Of a stretch of 64,000 nucleotides of DNA, positions 56,849 to 64,000 are shown piece by piece. The stretch is taken from NCBI GenBank assembly GCA_964626665.1, contig CAZVGK010000001.1, positions 128,001 through 192,000 of the forward strand. The letters run 5' to 3'. Position numbers and translations under genes: made by a program. Position 1 is the stretch's first letter, and every line of letters begins with the position of its first letter. The stretch comes from an uncultured Gemmatimonadota bacterium. Lineage in GTDB: Bacteria; SM23-81; DAOVCL01. Below the pieces are notes generated by a model. That model was given only the letters and a program-made list of their open reading frames with translations. It was not told the DNA's origin and did not search any database.

Positions 56849-56872
56849 CCCGCACTTATGCATAAGTGCGGG
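56849..56872. repeat. Perfect 24-bp palindrome (MITE-like)
   Basis: cccgcacttatg/cataagtgcggg. Confidence 0.8.
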
Positions 56873-57066
56873 GTGAATATTCCAAAGCTCTACAGGTCAA
56901 GGGTTCTTAGGGCTTAAGCTCCTTCGCCGGACTTGGATAGAAGGGGCCTCAAAAGGCCCTTAACCTTGCACTAAAGTGCGGCAGAATGGACATTCCTCTA
57001 AGTTCCCAAAGGTCAGAGATCGGTCTTTAAGGATCCTCATTCTTAATTCAAAATTCTTAATTGCCT

Positions 57067-57357
57067 TTACCCCCCCTCAAAGATGCTGATGATGTCTCCT
57101 TCCTTTAGTTTGACAATAGCCTTCTTCCAATTTGACCGCCTGCCCTCGTATCTTCCCATTCTCTTCGGTTTCCCCTTCATGAGCATAGTCTTTACATCCA
57201 GGACATTCACCCGAAAGAGCTTCTCCACTGCCCACTTCACCTCTATCTTGTTAGCCCTTCTATCGACCACAAAGGCATATTGATTGCTCGCTTCCTTGAG
57301 ATTGTTGCTCTTCTCCGTGATATAAGGCCTTTTGATGATTGTGCGGGGGTCTCTCAT
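57067..57357 (-). CDS. rplW: 50S ribosomal protein L23
   Basis: P.ITEKS, F.VD.RANK.EVK.AVE.LF.V, WKKAIV.L. Confidence 0.98.
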   Translation of the reverse strand: MRDPRTIIKRPYITEKSNNLKEASNQYAFVVDRRANKIEVKWAVEKLFRVNVLDVKTMLMKGKPKRMGRYEGRRSNWKKAIVKLKEGDIISIFEGG

Positions 57358-57980
57358 GATAAAGCCTCCTTAAGGGTCGAAATGGCCTCTGGGGTGATAA
57401 GGAGGAAATCTGAATTTAATATCTCATAGGCATTGGTATTCATAGCCGTTCGTAACTTTAAGCCCGCGAGGTTAGAGGTTGCCCGGAGAAGGTTGTGGTC
57501 AGCAGAGACCACCAGCAAAAGGCCCTTCTTCCCCTTTAACCCTAATCTTTCCAAGAAGGAGGCGAAGGCCTTTGTCTTTGGCGACTCCAGTTTTACCTCA
57601 TCTAATCCCCAGACTGCACCCCTTTGGGCCAGGGAGGAAAGGGCGGATTTGAGGGCTAACCGCCTCATTTTTTTGGGAATTTCCTTGTGCCTGGGGTGAG
57701 GAGAAGGACCAAAGGTTTTGCCCCCACCCACCCAGAGGGGAGAGTTGGAGCTTCCTGCCCTTGCCCTTCCGGTGCCCTTCTGTCTCCAGGGCTTGGCCCC
57801 TCCCCCCTTCATTTGGGAGCGGCCTTTAGCCATTGCTGTCCCCTGGCCCTGGTTATAGGAGTAGGCCTTAAGGTAGGCATAAAGGGCCCCTTGGTTAGGG
57901 GCGATCTCAAAGACCTCTTTGGGGAGCTTCAAACTACCTATCTCTTCCCCGTTAAGGGAGTAGTGGGGGATCTCTTTCAT
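57354..57980 (-). CDS. rplD: 50S ribosomal protein L4
   Basis: GGGAKPWRQKGTGRARAGS..SPLWVGGG..FGP. Confidence 0.98.
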   Translation of the reverse strand: MKEIPHYSLNGEEIGSLKLPKEVFEIAPNQGALYAYLKAYSYNQGQGTAMAKGRSQMKGGGAKPWRQKGTGRARAGSSNSPLWVGGGKTFGPSPHPRHKEIPKKMRRLALKSALSSLAQRGAVWGLDEVKLESPKTKAFASFLERLGLKGKKGLLLVVSADHNLLRATSNLAGLKLRTAMNTNAYEILNSDFLLITPEAISTLKEALS

Positions 57981-58600
57981 CCTTGAACCTTTCTGACAAT
58001 GAGGTAGCTCTGGGGTGGCCCGGGAAGAGATCCCTTGATGGCCAATAGATTCTTTTCAGGGATGAGCTTAACTAAGACTGAATTGCGCACAGTTACCCTT
58101 CTCCCTCCAGTCTTCCCCGCCATCTTTGTCCCCTTATAGACCCGGGAGGGACTGGAGGAGGCACCGATGGAACCTGGCGCCCGATGCCTGTCTGACTGCC
58201 CATGAGTCTTTGGCCCTCCCCGAAAGCCATATTTTTTCACTACGCCCATAAACCCCTTCCCCTTGGATATTCCCACCACATCCACGGTCTCCCCTGGGGA
58301 AAAGATATCCGCTTTTATCTCGGTTCCCACTTTCATCTCCTCCCCCCAGTCCTTAAATTCCCGCAATATCCGATAGCTGGTTACCCCGGCCCCTTTGAAA
58401 TGGCCCAAGAGGGGTTTGGTTACCTTCTTCTCCTTGATGGGCTCAAAGCCCAATTGCAGGGCGCTGTAGTCGTCCCTCTCCGGGGTCTTTACCTGCACGA
58501 CTTGGCAGGGGCCAGCCTCGACCAAGGTCACTGGTAGGGATTTTCCGTCCTCTCCGAAGATGGTGGTCATCCCCAATTTTTTGCCGATTATTCCCCTCAT
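57977..58600 (-). CDS. rplC: 50S ribosomal protein L3
   Basis: GKKLGMT, SKGKGF.GV.K, HG.S..HRAPGSIG. Confidence 0.98.
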   Translation of the reverse strand: MRGIIGKKLGMTTIFGEDGKSLPVTLVEAGPCQVVQVKTPERDDYSALQLGFEPIKEKKVTKPLLGHFKGAGVTSYRILREFKDWGEEMKVGTEIKADIFSPGETVDVVGISKGKGFMGVVKKYGFRGGPKTHGQSDRHRAPGSIGASSSPSRVYKGTKMAGKTGGRRVTVRNSVLVKLIPEKNLLAIKGSLPGPPQSYLIVRKVQG

Positions 58601-58603
58601 CGC

Positions 58604-58912
58604 TCAGACTCTTATCTCCACATCCACTCCGGCAGGAAGGTCTAACCTCATCAAGGAGTCTACCGTCTGAGGAGTGGTATCTTCAATGTCTATAAGCCTT
58701 TTGTGGATTCTGGTCTCAAATTGCTCCCGGGATTTTTTGTCCACATGGGGGGAGCGTAAAACAGTATAGATGGACCGCTTGGTGGGTAGAGGTATGGGAC
58801 CTAAGACCTTGGCCCCTGCCCTCTTAGCTGCCCTGACGATCTCACCGGTTGAGCGGTCAAGCATCACATGATCATAGGCTTTTAGCCTAATTCTTATCTT
58901 CTGGCCTGGCAC
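58604..58912 (-). CDS. rpsJ: 30S ribosomal protein S10
   Basis: [35 protein letters not shown] start with SD GGAGGT. Confidence 0.98.
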   Translation of the reverse strand: MPGQKIRIRLKAYDHVMLDRSTGEIVRAAKRAGAKVLGPIPLPTKRSIYTVLRSPHVDKKSREQFETRIHKRLIDIEDTTPQTVDSLMRLDLPAGVDVEIRV

Positions 58913-58954
58913 CTATTAACCTCCTCTTTCTTGAGACTGAAACTCATCAAGATA

Positions 58955-60847
58955 CTATTTGAGAAGCGCCATCTTTTTAGCAACTTTAACATCCCCAGCT
59001 TGGATTTTATAAAAATAAACCCCACTTGCCACCTCTTGCCCATTGTCGTCTCTTCCTCCCCAACAGATATTATACCGGCCGGCTCTTTGTCTCTCATCTA
59101 CTAAGGTTTTAACCTTCTGTCCTAAGAGATTGTAAACAACCAAACTCACCTGGGCATCCATCGGAAGTTCATAGCCTATCTCGGTCTCCGGGTTGAAAGG
59201 ATTGGGGAAATTCTGGGCCACAAAAAACTCCTTTGGCAATTTTTCGTCTTCATTGGGTTCTACAAACACTTCGACTGAGTAAGACGCCTCCATAACCCCC
59301 CAGATGTTATAGACCTCGATGGTTATTGTGCTGTCCCAAACTTCATCCATAGGATCTTCGTAACTAAAGGTGAAGCCTGTCACTTGGTCATTAGGCGGAT
59401 AACCTCCAAAGTCAGTTGGATGAATGGTTATCCCATTATGTGTGGGGTTGTCGTCCCCACAGTTGTGTTGGTCATCATAGTCCACATACTTATCATAACT
59501 CCATCCTCCTGTGCCCGAGCCGTATACCCGCACCCTATTCAGATCAAGTTCGTTCCCAGGCACTGTCACCCAAAAAGAGGCTCTCGGCGAATGGGAGCTA
59601 ACACCCCATATGGTCATATTTTCAGTATCTGTATGGGGCAAAACATTCATCGGGTTCCTTAAGTAAGAAAAGGCGGTTCCACCCAGGTAATCCTCAGCAT
59701 GTAAGTGATCAAGCCCAATATGCCTAATCCCTCCAATTCTGGTCAGTCCAGCAAAAACACTATCTCCAAAATTTACACTGGGATTTACATGCACATATTC
59801 CATACGCTGATTTGGAATCACAGCATCTCTAATCCTAACCGACTGGCTGCCTATGTGATCAACAACACCGGTAAAAACAGCGTAAACATCATCCTCTGTC
59901 GCAGGATTATCATCATCATCAATGTCAAGTCCGCCATGCCAATCAAAGGTAGTGTCATTCCCAGAGATTAGGATTCTCGGCCCAAAGGGACTGGTTAAAC
60001 TATGAAGGGGTGTGGTGTTTCGAGACAAAGGCCAGTAATAATTCTCCGTTCTAATTCTCAGAATAACATCGTCAACAAATGCGCCTTTATGTGTCTGAGT
60101 GCCATCGCTTTCGAAAGCAAACGCTATCCAAACTTGAGGGTGACCACAAACATTACCTATGTCAGGGACATTGGTCAGATCGAAGTTTTCAAAGCGCCAG
60201 ACATCCCCTCCATCGCCATAGGCCGCATAACCTGAGAAATTTGTGCCATCGATTGATGCAAGTCGAGAGAACATATCAGCTTCGTACATCGTACGACACC
60301 AATAATAAAAGTGCAGCTCCGCATCGGTGACGTTGCCAACACTAAGGTCGCAAGGACCCCAAATCATAAAGGTGAGAACATTATTGGCATAATCATCAAA
60401 CTCTGGATCAAGGCCATTTACCCCATCCCGGCAACACCATGCACTATATTTTCCTGAATGAGGATTATAGTCATCTTTACCCCATAAATGACCGGTGGGA
60501 TTGCCTGTGTGCCCAACATCTCGGCGGCTCCAAGCATATCTGGGAAAAGACGATTCGAAATCTTCGGTCATAATGTTAACCCAATGTGGCAGAAGGAGGG
60601 CATCATTCCCATCTTTGATGTTTCCATTCTGGCTGTTTCCCATATGTATAATGCGTACACTTTCTGAAAGTTCTGAATTTTTGCCACAAGAAACCAATGC
60701 TTTATCTCCATCCAGCAATTGATAGTGAATCTTCTGCGAGCTGACAAATTCCCCGATTTCAACTTTAGCTAAAGCAACGGTAGCACCTATTAGAGGAAAC
60801 CCTATTATAAAAGAAGCACATATTCCTAATTTCCAATGAACCTGCAT
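58955..60847 (-). CDS. Secreted protein: adhesin/MAM-like jelly-roll, M23 metallopeptidase and T9SS/FlgD-Ig CTD
   Basis: EDFE...W...HSG.YSAW...FAFESD......G.FVDDV; M23 motifs TSPFGPR, HGGLD, YVHV, HLH; QNFPNPFNP...KKMALLK. Confidence 0.78.
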   Translation of the reverse strand: MQVHWKLGICASFIIGFPLIGATVALAKVEIGEFVSSQKIHYQLLDGDKALVSCGKNSELSESVRIIHMGNSQNGNIKDGNDALLLPHWVNIMTEDFESSFPRYAWSRRDVGHTGNPTGHLWGKDDYNPHSGKYSAWCCRDGVNGLDPEFDDYANNVLTFMIWGPCDLSVGNVTDAELHFYYWCRTMYEADMFSRLASIDGTNFSGYAAYGDGGDVWRFENFDLTNVPDIGNVCGHPQVWIAFAFESDGTQTHKGAFVDDVILRIRTENYYWPLSRNTTPLHSLTSPFGPRILISGNDTTFDWHGGLDIDDDDNPATEDDVYAVFTGVVDHIGSQSVRIRDAVIPNQRMEYVHVNPSVNFGDSVFAGLTRIGGIRHIGLDHLHAEDYLGGTAFSYLRNPMNVLPHTDTENMTIWGVSSHSPRASFWVTVPGNELDLNRVRVYGSGTGGWSYDKYVDYDDQHNCGDDNPTHNGITIHPTDFGGYPPNDQVTGFTFSYEDPMDEVWDSTITIEVYNIWGVMEASYSVEVFVEPNEDEKLPKEFFVAQNFPNPFNPETEIGYELPMDAQVSLVVYNLLGQKVKTLVDERQRAGRYNICWGGRDDNGQEVASGVYFYKIQAGDVKVAKKMALLK

Positions 60848-60865
60848 AACTCCCCCTACTCTAAG

Positions 60866-62266
60866 TCAAAGACTAGCCTTAACTTTTTGAACCACTTTTC
60901 TTCCCCTATCCAAAATGATGAAAGACCTCATCCCATTTTCGTAACTCATCATAGGGAGGATGCGAACTGTGTCATAAGACTTCTTGCATATTTCACCTGT
61001 TTCTAAACTAAAGATAACGGCAACCTCCTCAAATTTTAAGCTAACTCTCTCCCTTCTGCGCATCGTAGTAACAAAGCTCTTGTTAATGGTAGATGCGCAA
61101 CATTGATGCCAATAACTATTCCAGTCTTTCCCTAAAACTTTTCTCCATCTTCTTTTTCCAGTAAGAAGATCAAAGATATCTATCGTAGATGGAGGCCCAC
61201 TTTCGGCAAGGAGACTCTTAGAGTCGTCAATAAAACAGAACCAGTTTAATCCTCCTACTTTTTCTATCCGCCTTTCGGGCCCCATTGCTGCCTCTATCGT
61301 CACAAAGTCTTTGCTGTTCCACAATATATCCCCTTCATTGCTTAATACTACCAGTCTCCTCTCCCCGCCGCTTCTCTCTTCACCCGGAAGATTGGAATAG
61401 TCCACCGCAATGGCCATAAACTTCCCACTTTCACTCACCTCAAGTTGCGGTATTTCTGTTGGATTAAAAAACAATCTAAAGTGAAGGGGATCTCCTAATC
61501 TTTCACCAATATCAATTTCCCACTTCGTTTTTAAATTCTTTACATTAAAAAGAAGCAACTTGACATAAGGCCTTTCCAGGTTGTATCCCTTGAAATAGAC
61601 GACTTCGCTGTCATTTAAAAATGTGGCCACCCAATTAAATTCCGTGCGTATAATTTTAGAACCTCTCTCAATGGATTCCTTCCCTTTGTCCCACCATAAC
61701 TCCTCACCAGTTCTATTATCAAAAACCCTGAAATATCCACCCCACCTTTCGACACCGCTTTTGTGAGTTGTTATGGCATAGTCACCTTTGGGCGATAAGG
61801 TGAGTCCTGGTGCAAAAAGAGGAGTCTCCCACTTGAGATTGCCATCCTTGTCGTAACTCTTCGTAATCACCCACTCACATCCGGCACGAGAATTTATGAT
61901 TACTTCTCCCCCTTCCGCTGAGATCGACACATTATCCACTCCACCATAATATTCGCCACGTTCATCTGGCTTCAGGTCAAATCTCTTCTCCCACAAAATA
62001 TTTCCATTAGGCCCCAAATAGTAAACAACACTGCAAAGGCCTTCCCTCTTATCAAAAATATCTGTCAGAACAACTATGTTCTCATTGCCAACCTGGATGT
62101 CTCGTATCTTGCCTCCAAATTCCCTTTCCCAAATCAGCTTTGAGTTGGGGAATAAGCCCTTTGCCGGCGATTCCGCTATGGCACTGCCTACCCACATCAT
62201 CAACAACGCCAATACAGAGAGAGCCAGAACCCTCAGGATTCCTTTTCTCAACACTTGCTTCCCCAT
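60866..62266 (-). CDS. Secreted PQQ-like beta-propeller protein
   Basis: Signal peptide; repeated G..LW(E) blade ends (GNILWE, GNLKWE, GEELWW, GDILWN, GKRRW). Confidence 0.7.
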   Translation of the reverse strand: MGKQVLRKGILRVLALSVLALLMMWVGSAIAESPAKGLFPNSKLIWEREFGGKIRDIQVGNENIVVLTDIFDKREGLCSVVYYLGPNGNILWEKRFDLKPDERGEYYGGVDNVSISAEGGEVIINSRAGCEWVITKSYDKDGNLKWETPLFAPGLTLSPKGDYAITTHKSGVERWGGYFRVFDNRTGEELWWDKGKESIERGSKIIRTEFNWVATFLNDSEVVYFKGYNLERPYVKLLLFNVKNLKTKWEIDIGERLGDPLHFRLFFNPTEIPQLEVSESGKFMAIAVDYSNLPGEERSGGERRLVVLSNEGDILWNSKDFVTIEAAMGPERRIEKVGGLNWFCFIDDSKSLLAESGPPSTIDIFDLLTGKRRWRKVLGKDWNSYWHQCCASTINKSFVTTMRRRERVSLKFEEVAVIFSLETGEICKKSYDTVRILPMMSYENGMRSFIILDRGRKVVQKVKASL

Positions 62267-62362
62267 TTTAAAGCCTCCAAATTAGAGATATACCCTCCCA
62301 TAGTAACCACCAAAATTTCTCCTAAACCTCACCCCTTTCCTTTGAGGAAAACAGAAATACTC

Positions 62363-63568
62363 CTATTTTATAACCTCTGCTACGACCCCTGCTCCCACGG
62401 TTCTTCCCCCCTCCCTGATGGCAAACCGTAGCTCCTTCTCCATCGCTATCGGCGTGATTAGCTCCCCCTCTATGGTCACATTATCCCCGGGCATGACCAT
62501 CTCTACCCCCTCCGGTAGCTTTACCACCCCAGTCACATCCGTGGTGCGAAAATAAAACTGCGGCCTATACCCACCGAAGAAAGGTGTATGCCTACCCCCT
62601 TCCTCCTTCGTCAATACATAGACCTCACCCTTAAACTTGGTATGCGGGGTGATCGACCCCGGGGCTGCTATTACCATCCCCCTCTCTAACTCATCCCTGT
62701 TTACCCCCCGCAACAGCAAACCCACATTGTCCCCAGCCTCTGCCCGATCCAGGATCTTCCGAAACATCTCTACCCCAGTCACTACCGTCTTCTTCGTTTC
62801 CCTGATCCCTACCCTCTCCACCGCATTCCCTACCTTCACCGTCCCCCTCTCTACCCTCCCTGTCCCTACTGTCCCTCGCCCAGTAATGGAAAATACATCC
62901 TCCACAGACAGCAAGAAGGGCTTATCCAAATCCCTCTTCGGCTGAGGTATATACTTGTCCACCGCATCCATTAGCTCATAGATGCTCTTGAAGGCCTCAC
63001 TCTCCTTCACCTCAGGGTTGGCTGCTGCCTCCATCGCCCGCAGGGCACTTCCCCTGATCACCGGCACCTCATCCCCCGGGAAGCTATACTCCGTGAGCAA
63101 CTCCCTGACCTCTAACTCTACCAAATCCAATAGCTCAGGATCATCTACCTGATCTACCTTGTTCATATAGACTACTATATAGGGCACCCCTACCTGCCTG
63201 GCCAAAAGGATGTGCTCCCTGGTCTGGGGCATCGGCCCATCAGCAGCGGATACCACCAGGATGGCCCCATCCATCTGCGCCGCCCCGGTGATCATATTCT
63301 TCACATAATCGGCATGCCCCGGACAGTCTATGTGCGCATAATGCCTGGCGGCGGTCTCATACTCCACATGGGCTATCGCTATGGTTAACCCCCGCTCCTT
63401 CTCCTCAGGAGCATTGTCTATAGAATCAAATGTCCGGGCCTCCGCCAGGCCCTTCCTATGCAAGATCATGGTAATCGCCGCGGTCAAAGTGGTCTTCCCA
63501 TGATCCACATGCCCAATAGTCCCTATGTTTATGTGCGGCTTCGTGCGCTCAAACTTCTTCTTCGCCAT
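62363..63568 (-). CDS. tuf: Elongation factor Tu
   Basis: [34 protein letters not shown]. Confidence 0.99.
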   Translation of the reverse strand: MAKKKFERTKPHINIGTIGHVDHGKTTLTAAITMILHRKGLAEARTFDSIDNAPEEKERGLTIAIAHVEYETAARHYAHIDCPGHADYVKNMITGAAQMDGAILVVSAADGPMPQTREHILLARQVGVPYIVVYMNKVDQVDDPELLDLVELEVRELLTEYSFPGDEVPVIRGSALRAMEAAANPEVKESEAFKSIYELMDAVDKYIPQPKRDLDKPFLLSVEDVFSITGRGTVGTGRVERGTVKVGNAVERVGIRETKKTVVTGVEMFRKILDRAEAGDNVGLLLRGVNRDELERGMVIAAPGSITPHTKFKGEVYVLTKEEGGRHTPFFGGYRPQFYFRTTDVTGVVKLPEGVEMVMPGDNVTIEGELITPIAMEKELRFAIREGGRTVGAGVVAEVIK

Positions 63569-63584
63569 CTATCTATTCCTCCTT

Positions 63585-64000
63585 TTAAAACCTTCTTCCC
63601 CTTAGCCGGGAGATGATCTCCTCGGCTATAGGTTTGGGAACCTTGGCATAACGGGAAAAATGCATTGAATGTAATGCCCTCCCCTGGGTAAGTGACCTGA
63701 GATCCGTGGCATAGCCAAACATCTCGGAAAGGGGAAGGCTGGCCTCTATCACTCGATTCTCCCCCCTAGTGGTAATTCCCTCTATCTTTCCCCTCTTGGA
63801 ATTTAAATTCCCCATTACATTGCCCAGATAGCTCTCCGGCACCACTACCTCCAAGGAGACGATGGGCTCTAAGAGAACAGGGGAGGCCCGCAAGGCTGCC
63901 TGGCGAAAGGCCATAGAGGCCGCTATCCTAAAGGCAAGCTCTGAGGAGTCCACATCATGATAGGAACCTCCAATCAGCTCAACCTCAACATCCTCTACTG
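63585..64000 (-). CDS. fusA: Elongation factor G, C-terminal part (5' end beyond the window)
   Basis: [37 protein letters not shown]. Confidence 0.97.
   Translation of the reverse strand, partial: VEDVEVELIGGSYHDVDSSELAFRIAASMAFRQAALRASPVLLEPIVSLEVVVPESYLGNVMGNLNSKRGKIEGITTRGENRVIEASLPLSEMFGYATDLRSLTQGRALHSMHFSRYAKVPKPIAEEIISRLRGRRF

Noticed and set aside
50664-62362. Integron, prophage or ICE explanation for the cargo cassettes
   Set aside because: No integrase, no attC-like RYYYAAC/GTTRRRY pairs recognised, and no phage or conjugation genes.
1-64000. Numerous antisense or overlapping ORFs in the track (e.g. 9168..9923, 10109..10648, 13344..13937, 55798..56337)
   Set aside because: Shadows of well-supported genes on the opposite strand or frame; no recognisable motifs.

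Overview
Bacterial chromosomal window, probably from an FCB-superphylum candidate lineage (KSB1/Zixibacteria/Latescibacterota-like). This is inferred from secreted proteins ending in 'QNYPNPFN...RKMxLxK/R' T9SS/FlgD-Ig sorting domains; taxonomy is not proven. There are three blocks. (1) 1-6.1 kb, minus strand: a cobalamin-riboswitch-controlled uptake operon (BtuH-like and BtuG-like proteins with T9SS-type CTDs, a BtuB-like TonB-dependent receptor, and a second beta-propeller cut by the window edge). (2) 6.5-35.5 kb, plus strand: a flagellar cluster, flgC to fliA plus accessory genes, lacking flgB. A 7-bladed NHL lipoprotein gene is inserted between flgE and flbD-motAB, and a two-hairpin RNA precedes flgE. 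A decayed RAYT transposase and an orphan ferredoxin-fused EtfA follow on the minus strand. (3) 37.7-64 kb, minus strand: the str-S10-spc-alpha ribosomal superoperon (fusA to rplQ), interrupted by cassettes of secreted proteins between rplW and rplB (C25 gingipain-like protease plus beta-helix protein) and between tuf and rpsJ (M23 peptidase plus beta-propeller). Intergenic spaces carry several families of REP/MITE-like palindromes and heptamer repeats; some are nested and some are inserted in-frame into T9SS CTD coding sequence. No rRNA, tRNA or CRISPR array was recognised. Family assignments are by eye, without database searches.
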